Below, one piece after another: positions 48,210 through 54,970 of a DNA stretch of 63,449 nt. Below the pieces are notes generated by a model. It saw only the letters and a list, made by a program, of their open reading frames with translations, was not told the DNA's origin and did no database searches. This DNA is from a virus. Taxonomy: Duplodnaviria > Caudoviricetes. Positions within the stretch are counted from its first letter, which is position 1. Each line of letters starts with the position of its first letter. The DNA lies in IMG/VR virus record IMGVR_UViG_3300009161_000047, positions 1-63,449 of that record. One strand, written 5' to 3'. A program made the position numbers and the translations under genes.

Positions 48210-48294
48210 TGGGGCTGAAAGATGGACTCAAACCATCGAGGGATTTCTCCGCCACATTACAAGTGTGGTCCAATCGTCGCTATGGGATTCCAGC
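48210..48294 (-). tRNA. tRNA-Thr(UGU) with long variable arm
   Basis: GCTGGAA/TTTCAGC acceptor stem, CCACA-CTTGTAA-TGTGG anticodon arm, GGA-GAAA-TCC variable stem, GATGG-TTTGAGT-CCATC T arm, encoded CCA. Confidence 0.85.
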
Positions 48295-48299
48295 TTATG

Positions 48300-48458
48300 T
48301 TATTTCTTCTTTCGTTTGCAATAGCAATCGCATAAACACTTCTTGACGCAAGGACACTTATCCGCACAACACTTATGTGTTTTACAATATTGTGGAATAT
48401 CTGCAGTATTAGAGAATAATAAACCGCAAGAAATAATAAAACTAACAACAAAAAACAT
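48300..48458 (-). CDS. 52-aa Cys-rich peptide with hydrophobic N-terminus (not in ORF track)
   Basis: MFFVVSFIISCGLLFSNTADIPQYCKTHKCCADKCPCVKKCLCDCYCKRKKK; AAGGA RBS upstream of the ATG. Confidence 0.7.
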   Translation of the reverse strand: MFFVVSFIISCGLLFSNTADIPQYCKTHKCCADKCPCVKKCLCDCYCKRKKK

Positions 48459-48558
48459 AATTTATCCTTTAATATTTTTGGGAATTTTTATAGTCTTTCA
48501 GTTTCTGAAACTTACTCTGGGTGACTAGTGCCGGAAGCCCATCTCGTTATTCAATATT

Positions 48559-48635
48559 TGGTCGGGGCAAGAGGATTCGAACCTCTGGCCCTCTGCTCCC
48601 AAAGCAGATGCGCTACCAGGCTGCGCTATGCCCCG
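48559..48635 (-). tRNA. tRNA-Pro(UGG)
   Basis: Canonical cloverleaf CGGGGCA...TCTGC-TTTGGGA-GCAGA...GGTTCGAATCC...TGCCCCG-A-CCA. Confidence 0.97.
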
Positions 48636-48650
48636 ACGTCCTCATATCAT

Positions 48651-48658
48651 TATTTATA
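48651..48658 (-). promoter_or_regulatory. T4 late promoter driving the tRNA cluster
   Basis: TATAAATA on the minus strand 15 nt upstream of tRNA-Pro. Confidence 0.65.
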
Positions 48659-48668
48659 TCCTGTAACT

Positions 48669-49982
48669 TTAAATCTTTTCACCACAATCAAATCCACGCC
48701 AACGTAGGAATCGTGGGAATCGTAGAGAATAAGTTCCATCTTGGTTTTGTGTAATAGTATCTGCTCTAACTTCGGCGATCTGTCCGATCACAGAATCCTT
48801 GGTAGACCAGATGGCCGCACGGTCTTCATCAGAGAAACCTGTTCCCACATTTACACTAATCGATTTTCCGGATTCAGTTCCTTCACAAACAATAGCACCA
48901 AGAGATCCAAGATTTTTACCAATACCTTCTTCAATACCAACCACTTCCAAAGAAAGATCCAAATATGGTTTCAATTTTAACCAAGAAGAAGATCGCTTGC
49001 ACTCATAAGGCGCAGCTGGATCTTTAATCATTAATCCTTCATATCCACCTTCGATCGCTTTCTCATTCATTTCGCGAAAGATCTCACGACCAGTTACTGT
49101 AGATAAATTAACCAAACGATTAGTGAGAATCTTTACATTCGGAAGCGATTCCTGGAACTCTTCAAACCAAATTTCGAGTGACTTAGAACGGATCTCTTGT
49201 GAGATCCCACAATATCCTGCCAAGAAATCTTGCATTGGAATCATATCAAATATATGAAGAACAGCATCATCAGTCTGAACATTTTCTTTTCTATTGAGTT
49301 GTTTCATTAGATCTTGAAAATTAGCAGACATCACTTCGCCATCAAACACCCAAGGATCTGAGAGGGATTTGGCAACATCAATAAAGCTTTCACGGATTTT
49401 AGGAAAGTTTTCCATCTCTTTTCCATTCCTGGAAAACTGAGTTACACGCCCATCAGGAAAGACAAATGTCAAAACACGAGCACCATCCAATTTTACTTCA
49501 AGAAACTTCTCACCAATCATCTTGGTCTGTTGATCAGTGGAATCTTGAGCAAGCTGACAAGAGAAAGTCGGAATAATAAATTTATCCGAAGCTGATAAAT
49601 TCTTCACAACTTTATTGACGGTCTTCTCAGAAACACCACAACGAAGATCCTTCATGAGAATCAGACGATACCAATTATTCCACTCATCTTGAGTGGCAAG
49701 ATTCATGAGACGTGTAATCTCATCTTTGGCTGTGTTACCTGTAATCTTGCGATTAACTAGTTTGTTTAAAAGTTCGGTGAAGTCAACCCATGGAAGACCT
49801 GGGCCAGAATCAGTTTTTTCCGGAATCTGGCGGACACCAAAAGTCATGAAACTATCAAGAGCATACTTGATACCATAAAATAGGATAGTGTTATCATTGC
49901 GAATCTCACGCTCCAGAATGGCTTCCTTGCCAAGACGGGATCTATCAGCTTGCAATGCACGAATAACTTTAGACGGAATCAT
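48669..49982 (-). CDS. 30: ATP-dependent DNA ligase gp30
   Basis: 'EVKLDGAR' (motif I), 'SRNGK', 'FDGEV', 'GYEGLMIK', 'W.K.KP', 'SLRFPRF...R'. Confidence 0.96.
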   Translation of the reverse strand: MIPSKVIRALQADRSRLGKEAILEREIRNDNTILFYGIKYALDSFMTFGVRQIPEKTDSGPGLPWVDFTELLNKLVNRKITGNTAKDEITRLMNLATQDEWNNWYRLILMKDLRCGVSEKTVNKVVKNLSASDKFIIPTFSCQLAQDSTDQQTKMIGEKFLEVKLDGARVLTFVFPDGRVTQFSRNGKEMENFPKIRESFIDVAKSLSDPWVFDGEVMSANFQDLMKQLNRKENVQTDDAVLHIFDMIPMQDFLAGYCGISQEIRSKSLEIWFEEFQESLPNVKILTNRLVNLSTVTGREIFREMNEKAIEGGYEGLMIKDPAAPYECKRSSSWLKLKPYLDLSLEVVGIEEGIGKNLGSLGAIVCEGTESGKSISVNVGTGFSDEDRAAIWSTKDSVIGQIAEVRADTITQNQDGTYSLRFPRFLRWRGFDCGEKI

Positions 49983-50179
49983 TAATAGATCTCCATAATT
50001 TCACAAAAACGAGCAACGATGACTTTACTGTCAAGATCTTCTAAATCGAAGATAGGCGAACCCAAACTATCAACACGAATATTTTTGACTTTCACAATAC
50101 ATTCAAATAGTTTAGAATAAACTAGTTGATTGATTACAATCTCTTTTGTTGGTTTTCGAAACTCAAGGTCGCTAAACAT
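49982..50179 (-). CDS. Hypothetical protein
   Basis: 65-aa ORF coupled by TAATG overlaps at both ends. Confidence 0.65.
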   Translation of the reverse strand: MFSDLEFRKPTKEIVINQLVYSKLFECIVKVKNIRVDSLGSPIFDLEDLDSKVIVARFCEIMEIY

Positions 50180-50253
50180 TAGAGCACCGTCGTCGAAAAA
50201 ATGATAATCAACATCAAAGCGATTAGGGAGAGCAAATCTTTAAAGTTATCCAT
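50179..50253 (-). CDS. 24-aa hydrophobic peptide (not in ORF track)
   Basis: MDNFKDLLSLIALMLIIIFSTTVL; starts 6 nt after a TATAAT box; its stop overlaps the next ATG (TAATG). Confidence 0.5.
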   Translation of the reverse strand: MDNFKDLLSLIALMLIIIFSTTVL

Positions 50254-50259
50254 ATTCAT

Positions 50260-50288
50260 ATTATACCGTTTCCATAGTGAAAAGTCAA
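50260..50288 (-). promoter_or_regulatory. Early sigma70 promoter, leaderless type
   Basis: TTGACT-17-TATAAT-6 nt-ATG(50253). Confidence 0.75.
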
Positions 50289-50318
50289 GGAAATTGAAAA
50301 TTTATCTTCCCTTTGTTT

Positions 50319-50546
50319 TCAACGATTTACAAATGTTTTCATATCGGTACATTCCGTGTACCCAGACATATATTCTTCCACTTCTGCAAATGAGAAGACT
50401 AGTGTTTCCAGTCCGAGGTACGTTCCTTCCGGCTGTCTCCGCCACCGTGGTTTTGGTTTACGATTATAATAAGCATCGGCGGATCCACAATCGTAAAGAC
50501 TACCGTTCTGGTCACGATCGAATTGGATAGATTTTTTCTTTTCCAT
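50319..50546 (-). CDS. Small conserved phage early protein
   Basis: 'GS.YD.GSADAYY.R...P' and 'EEY..GY' pattern seen in small phage proteins; own promoter. Confidence 0.7.
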   Translation of the reverse strand: MEKKKSIQFDRDQNGSLYDCGSADAYYNRKPKPRWRRQPEGTYLGLETLVFSFAEVEEYMSGYTECTDMKTFVNR

Positions 50547-50552
50547 ACATCA

Positions 50553-50581
50553 ATTATACCTTATTGGAACCCCCATAGCAA
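50553..50581 (-). promoter_or_regulatory. Early sigma70 promoter, leaderless type
   Basis: TTGCTA-17-TATAAT-6 nt-ATG(50546). Confidence 0.75.
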
Positions 50582-50596
50582 GGAGGCCTCGAAAGA

Positions 50597-50651
50597 ATAT
50601 CTCCTTTGTTTTCAACAGTATTCTGCAAGTGACTGATTCAGAAGGAGATAT
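50597..50651. repeat. 55-bp palindromic element, copy 1 (identical to 53900-53954)
   Basis: atatctcctttgttttcaacagtattctgcaagtgactgattcagaaggagatat; terminal inverted repeats; IHF-like motifs. Confidence 0.85.
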
Positions 50652-50654
50652 AGA

Positions 50655-51032
50655 TTAATTAATAATTTCGTTCCCAGAGACCCGAGCGTACCCATAGACC
50701 TCTGCGTTCCCAGAGACCCGAGCGTACCCAGAGACCTCGGCGTCCCCAGCGACCACTGCGTCCCCAGCGACCACTGCGTTCCCATAGATCCAGGCGTTCC
50801 CAGAGACCATTGCGTTCCCAGAGACCATTGCGTTCCCATAGACCTCTGCGTTCCCAGAGACCTCTGCGTTCTCAGAGACCACAGCGTTCTCAGAGACCAC
50901 TGCTTCAGGACCAACGTAGGCAGTCTCAGCGACACTAGCAGTATTCTCGACCCAGCCTCCTCCATTAGAATGAGGGTGCCACGTCTCAAGAGTAGCGTCA
51001 GGAAAAGCAGATTTTAAATCTTCAAATGTCAT
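50655..51032 (-). CDS. Left-handed beta-helix (hexapeptide repeat) protein, paralogue 1
   Basis: 'H.NGGGWVENTA.VAETAYVGP' followed by VSGNAE/VYGNAM hexapeptide repeats (18-bp units). Confidence 0.85.
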   Translation of the reverse strand: MTFEDLKSAFPDATLETWHPHSNGGGWVENTASVAETAYVGPEAVVSENAVVSENAEVSGNAEVYGNAMVSGNAMVSGNAWIYGNAVVAGDAVVAGDAEVSGYARVSGNAEVYGYARVSGNEIIN

Positions 51033-51040
51033 ATAGAACC

Positions 51041-51069
51041 ATTATACCTTATTGGAACATCGATGTCAA
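51041..51069 (-). promoter_or_regulatory. Early sigma70 promoter, leaderless type
   Basis: TTGACA-17-TATAAT-ggttctat-ATG(51032). Confidence 0.85.
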
Positions 51070-51086
51070 GTGAGAATATTATTCTC

Positions 51087-53306
51087 TCAAACAATTAAGT
51101 CAATAAATTTTGATATCATAGTATTAACTCGTTTCTGTGTGGAGGCCGATTTACAGAAAGTCTCTGCGACAGAAAGAGTTTTTTCTTTTGAATTGTGCGG
51201 TTTCGGTTTTTTGAACATCTCAGTAGAACATATAAATGTAGTATCGAATGATTCTTTATCCACTCGTTCAATCACAATATATTTAGAGTTAAAAGCTTCA
51301 TGTGTTTTCTTTCGAAGATAACCGGAATATCGCATATTCTGTATTTCTTCACTAGTGAGGCCCATTTCGGTCAAATATTTTTTCCTTTGATCTTCTGTGA
51401 TTTCGTACAATAAATCAGATGTAATTAGAAAATTGATTACTGTGACATCTTTCATTCTAGTCTTAATAATTTTCAAGAAATCCTCAGAAGTGCATCCACT
51501 ATTATATTCTGAAAAATAATGATTCAGTTTCGTTTTGGGATCGTGGATAACAATTTTAGATCTATATGAAGGATAGGGATAGCCGTAAGTTTTGGCGTTT
51601 TTATATATAACAGATTTAGCTGGACCTTGGCCGTCGGTGAAATAAACAACATTCACTATTTTCGCAGCACAATCTTCTCTAAATTTTGCCACTAGTGAAT
51701 CTAGACAGAGATGTGTTTCTGATAGGGGAGTTCCTCCTAAACCATACATGTGATTACCTATATGATTCATGAAAATATCAACCATACATTTAAAATTGCT
51801 TTCCGACATTCTAGAACTTAGTAATTCTAATAATCGAAATTTGTCAGTAGTCTCAAAGGTATATTCATTTTTTCCGATATGTGTGTCGAACACGACTTCA
51901 CAATCTTGTGCATCGTACTCGTATTGACGAACTGAATCAAAGAACCCATATAAAACATAAGGAATACCGATCTGTTTACAAAAAAGAATTAATTCTAATG
52001 CCTTTGTTTTTGCTGCACGAAGATATGCAGACATTGAACTAGAAAAATCCATAATGAAAATCAACCCATGGTTTTTTCCATTCGGGCGAACTTCAAAAGT
52101 TTTGAATATTTGATCGTTATATTTGTAGGAATACAACTTGTTCATATCTAAACTGCCAGTTCTGAACATCATCGTTTTATTATGTTGATCAGCTTTCTTT
52201 CGCATTTGGAATAGCTGTTTGTGTAAAGAGATGTTATTCTTATGTTCAGTATAGAACGAGGATAACGAGTTGCCAGTCTTACCAAATATTTCGTCTAATT
52301 CGGAATCTTCTTTTATTTCTTTATTTTCTTGACTAGTAGAAAAGATTCTATCAAAATCTTTTTTAATAGATTCAAACGGATAGATAATAGTCCCCAATAT
52401 GGGTGTAGGCATATCAACATACAAAATTTTACCGACAGATGTATTGACACGATCTGATAGAGAGTTATCTAGATCTCGGAGAGTTTGCGATTTCGATGGA
52501 GTGTTTGTAGATTCTGTTACAGTTGATGATTCTTTTTGAGTATCGTCATCTACTTTTCTAGAAGTTCTAGCAGAACCGCTCTCAGTGTCTCCAGAATCGT
52601 CAGTCGATTCTTCGGTGGATTCTTCGGTGGATTCTTCGGTGGATTCGTCAGTCGATTCTTCGGTCGATTCTTCGGTCGATTCTTCGTCAGTCGAATCTTC
52701 GGTGGATTCTTCTCCCGATTCCTCTTTCTGAGAAGAGTTATTGCGTTTTCGGTTTTCGTGAAGTTCCGAATCGAAGATTTCAATTGCAATATCAATCACT
52801 TCTTTAAAATTAACTACAGATTCAATCTTTCGAATATAAGTCTCTTCTCGTTCACTCAGAGACAAAGAAAAGATTCCATTAAATTTGAAATAGACATTCA
52901 ACCTGTCAATTAACGACAGATTCTTGACATCATCTATTACCATTATCTTATTTTCGAGAATCTGTTTATAACCGTGAAAGAAGATTTTCTTCATTCCAGG
53001 ATAACGTTGTTTCACAAGAGATTCGATTCTAGCATCTTCGATAATATTAAGATAATCACGAAAAACATCATTCGGTTCTCTCAATTTAAGAGCAGCAATC
53101 CATTCGTCAGAATTGGTATAGAGAGCGTGGCCGATCTCATGACCAATTAATAATTCAACAATAATATCAGAAAGATTCTCCCAAGTTGGGATAACGAGTA
53201 CTCGCTTTTGGGTATCGAAATAAGCAGTCTTCTCAGGCTGCTGGATAACTGTAATGTCTTCGGCAGACATCAATTTCGCGAGATTTTCTTGTACAGTTGT
53301 TATCAT
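51087..53306 (-). CDS. Metallopeptidase-like (HExxH) plus VWA domain protein (CobT-like MoxR partner)
   Basis: 'TAYFD', 'HEIGHALYT', 'NIIEDARIE', acidic EEST linker, 'TGSLDM.KL..YKYND.IF', MIDAS 'DFSSSM', 'GGTPL', 'TDG'. Confidence 0.9.
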   Translation of the reverse strand: MITTVQENLAKLMSAEDITVIQQPEKTAYFDTQKRVLVIPTWENLSDIIVELLIGHEIGHALYTNSDEWIAALKLREPNDVFRDYLNIIEDARIESLVKQRYPGMKKIFFHGYKQILENKIMVIDDVKNLSLIDRLNVYFKFNGIFSLSLSEREETYIRKIESVVNFKEVIDIAIEIFDSELHENRKRNNSSQKEESGEESTEDSTDEESTEESTEESTDESTEESTEESTEESTDDSGDTESGSARTSRKVDDDTQKESSTVTESTNTPSKSQTLRDLDNSLSDRVNTSVGKILYVDMPTPILGTIIYPFESIKKDFDRIFSTSQENKEIKEDSELDEIFGKTGNSLSSFYTEHKNNISLHKQLFQMRKKADQHNKTMMFRTGSLDMNKLYSYKYNDQIFKTFEVRPNGKNHGLIFIMDFSSSMSAYLRAAKTKALELILFCKQIGIPYVLYGFFDSVRQYEYDAQDCEVVFDTHIGKNEYTFETTDKFRLLELLSSRMSESNFKCMVDIFMNHIGNHMYGLGGTPLSETHLCLDSLVAKFREDCAAKIVNVVYFTDGQGPAKSVIYKNAKTYGYPYPSYRSKIVIHDPKTKLNHYFSEYNSGCTSEDFLKIIKTRMKDVTVINFLITSDLLYEITEDQRKKYLTEMGLTSEEIQNMRYSGYLRKKTHEAFNSKYIVIERVDKESFDTTFICSTEMFKKPKPHNSKEKTLSVAETFCKSASTQKRVNTMISKFIDLIV
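52597..52712. repeat. 12-bp tandem repeats encoding the acidic EEST linker
   Basis: ttcggtggattc / ttcggtcgattc repeated units. Confidence 0.8.
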
Positions 53307-53314
53307 ATAGAACT

Positions 53315-53343
53315 ATTATACCTTTTCCATCCAGGAATAGCAA
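53315..53343 (-). promoter_or_regulatory. Early sigma70 promoter, leaderless type
   Basis: TTGCTA-17-TATAAT-agttctat-ATG(53306). Confidence 0.8.
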
Positions 53344-53362
53344 GGATTTTTTTTGAAAAATA

Positions 53363-53848
53363 TCAACCGATAATTTCGTCCCCAAAGACCCGAGCTTTCC
53401 CAGAGATCGTTGCGTTCCCAGAGACCACTGCGTCCCCATAGACCACTGCGTCCCCATAGACCTCAGCGTCCCCATAGACCACTGCGTCCCCATAGACCTG
53501 AGCGTACCCAGAGACCTGAGCGTTCCCAGAGACCATTACGTTCCCAGAGACCTGAGCGTCCCCATAGACCTCAGCGTTCCCAGAGACCACTGCGTTCCCA
53601 GAGACCCGAGATCTCCCATAGACCACTGCGTTCCCAGAGACCACTGCGTTCCCAGAGACCCGAGAGTTCCCAGAGACCATTGCGTTCTCAAAGACCCGAG
53701 CGTACCCGAAGACCAATGCGTCAGGACCAACGTAGGCAGTCTCAGCGACGGTAGCAGTATTCTCGACCCAGCCTTCTCCGTTAGGATGGACGTGCCAAGT
53801 GTCTAGGGTAGCGTCAGGAAAATCGGATTTTAAATCTTCGAACTTCAT
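53363..53848 (-). CDS. Left-handed beta-helix (hexapeptide repeat) protein, paralogue 2
   Basis: Start reassigned to MKFEDLKSDFPD (53848) by homology to paralogue 1; more 18-bp repeat units than paralogue 1. Confidence 0.85.
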   Translation of the reverse strand: MKFEDLKSDFPDATLDTWHVHPNGEGWVENTATVAETAYVGPDALVFGYARVFENAMVSGNSRVSGNAVVSGNAVVYGRSRVSGNAVVSGNAEVYGDAQVSGNVMVSGNAQVSGYAQVYGDAVVYGDAEVYGDAVVYGDAVVSGNATISGKARVFGDEIIG

Positions 53849-53856
53849 ATAGAACC

Positions 53857-53885
53857 AGTATACCTTATTGGAACACACAAAGCAA
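53857..53885 (-). promoter_or_regulatory. Early sigma70 promoter, leaderless type
   Basis: TTGCTT-17-TATACT-ggttctat-ATG(53848). Confidence 0.75.
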
Positions 53886-53899
53886 GGAATTTTCAAACT

Positions 53900-53954
53900 A
53901 TATCTCCTTTGTTTTCAACAGTATTCTGCAAGTGACTGATTCAGAAGGAGATAT
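53900..53954. repeat. 55-bp palindromic element, copy 2
   Basis: Identical to 50597-50651. Confidence 0.85.
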
Positions 53955-54099
53955 TCTTTCTTGAAATCCTTGAAGATTCCATCTCTATACCCACCTGTGT
54001 TATTGCCCTCATGGATCGTCCCAGGGACGCACACAAGCGATCTCTGGATTCAGATGATCCACTAGTATACCTGTGTTCTTCTAGTGATCTTGCGAAAGA

Positions 54100-54156
54100 A
54101 TATCTCCCTTTGTTTTCAGTAGTTTACCGCAAGTCATTGAAAACAAAGGGAGATAT
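54100..54156. repeat. Palindromic element, copy 3, with a perfect 19-bp stem
   Basis: atatctccctttgttttca-(19 nt)-tgaaaacaaagggagatat. Confidence 0.85.
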
Positions 54157-54171
54157 AGTTTCGAGGCTTCC

Positions 54172-54200
54172 TTGCTATTCCCGGCTGGAACAGCTATAAT
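54172..54200 (+). promoter_or_regulatory. Early sigma70 promoter, leaderless type
   Basis: TTGCTA-17-TATAAT-ggttctat-ATG(54209). Confidence 0.8.
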
Positions 54201-54208
54201 GGTTCTAT

Positions 54209-54373
54209 ATGATGATTACCTTTATTAAGAGCAAAACCAAAGATCAGAAACGTATCGTTCTTTTTCAGATCGGGAATTACCAATACGAAATCTGGAGCCA
54301 GACCTCTGGAACTGTTCGTAAACTTATGGATACTTCTCATGAAGACGCTCTGGTCATTTTCAATGCACTATAA
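54209..54373 (+). CDS. 54-aa early protein (not in ORF track)
   Basis: MMITFIKSKTKDQKRIVLFQIGNYQYEIWSQTSGTVRKLMDTSHEDALVIFNAL; starts at the conserved ggttctatATG after a promoter. Confidence 0.7.
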   Translation: MMITFIKSKTKDQKRIVLFQIGNYQYEIWSQTSGTVRKLMDTSHEDALVIFNAL

Positions 54374-54392
54374 AGTGATTTTCGGTTCGTCC

Positions 54393-54421
54393 TTGACACA
54401 ATAGAAATTTTAAGGTATATG
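54393..54421 (+). promoter_or_regulatory. Early sigma70 promoter, leaderless type
   Basis: TTGACA-17-TATATG-ggttctat-ATG(54430). Confidence 0.7.
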
Positions 54422-54429
54422 GGTTCTAT

Positions 54430-54864
54430 ATGACATTCAATGAGTTAAAAACGGCTTTTCCTGGCGCCACCACTGAGCGATGGAGAAAACACTCCTTAGG
54501 AGGAGGCTGGGTCGAGATTACTGCCCGTGTCGCTGAGTCTGCCTATGTTGGTCGTGATGCTATTGTATCTGGGAACGCTCGGGTCACTGCGAACGCAACG
54601 ATCTCTGGGAACGCTCGGGTCTCTGGGAAAGCTTGGGTCGCTGGTAACAGTGCGGTCTCTGGTAACGCAGAGGTCTATGGCAACGCCCAGGTCTTTGGGA
54701 CCGCAGTGGTCTCCGGAGACGCTGAGGTCTATGGGGACGCTCAGGTATTTGAGACCGCTCAGGTCGGTGAGGACGCTCGGGTCTTCGGTTATTCCCAGGT
54801 TTCTGGGAGATCTCTGGTCTTTGGAGACACGGTAGTCTGGAACGAAATTATTATTAATCGTTGA
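54430..54864 (+). CDS. Left-handed beta-helix (hexapeptide repeat) protein, paralogue 3
   Basis: MTFNELKTAFPGAT...GGGWVEITARVAESAYVG followed by hexapeptide repeats. Confidence 0.85.
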   Translation: MTFNELKTAFPGATTERWRKHSLGGGWVEITARVAESAYVGRDAIVSGNARVTANATISGNARVSGKAWVAGNSAVSGNAEVYGNAQVFGTAVVSGDAEVYGDAQVFETAQVGEDARVFGYSQVSGRSLVFGDTVVWNEIIINR

Positions 54865-54881
54865 TATTCTTTTAAAAAGAC

Positions 54882-54931
54882 TTGACATCCTTGACTTTCT
54901 AAGCTACAATAGGTATGTACCAGTTTTAAGT
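54882..54931 (+). promoter_or_regulatory. Sigma70 promoter for the AAA ATPase gene; 54889-54931 is an exact inverted copy of 61572-61614
   Basis: TTGACA-17-TACAAT. Confidence 0.75.
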
Positions 54932-54970
54932 GATAGTATTAAATAATTTGTTAAGGGAAATTTCTACATT

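Noticed and set aside
48210-48294. Reading the long-arm tRNA as tRNA-Tyr(GUA)
   Set aside because: The 5-bp stem CCACA/TGTGG fixes the loop as CUUGUAA, placing UGU at 34-36; GUA would be off-register by one.
48257-48451. 64-aa minus-strand ORF from the track
   Set aside because: It overlaps tRNA-Thr and uses a weak start; the other frame (48300-48458) has ATG plus RBS and fits between the tRNAs.
48500-48558. tRNA-associated theta/HDV-like ribozyme after tRNA-Pro
   Set aside because: The sequence right after CCA is AT-rich and I could not build the nested double pseudoknot; kept only as an unassigned patch.
50670-54840. 18-bp repeat arrays as a CRISPR array or DGR template/variable repeats
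   Set aside because: Units are contiguous and in-frame with no unique spacers; no cas or reverse transcriptase gene in the window; differences between paralogues are not confined to adenines.
50612-54888. Overlapping ORFs with SLGTQW or RPLRSQ repeats (50612-50989, 53410-53754, 54496-54888, 54527-54835)
   Set aside because: Alternative-frame readings of the hexapeptide repeats; the promoter-ATG boxes select the beta-helix frame.
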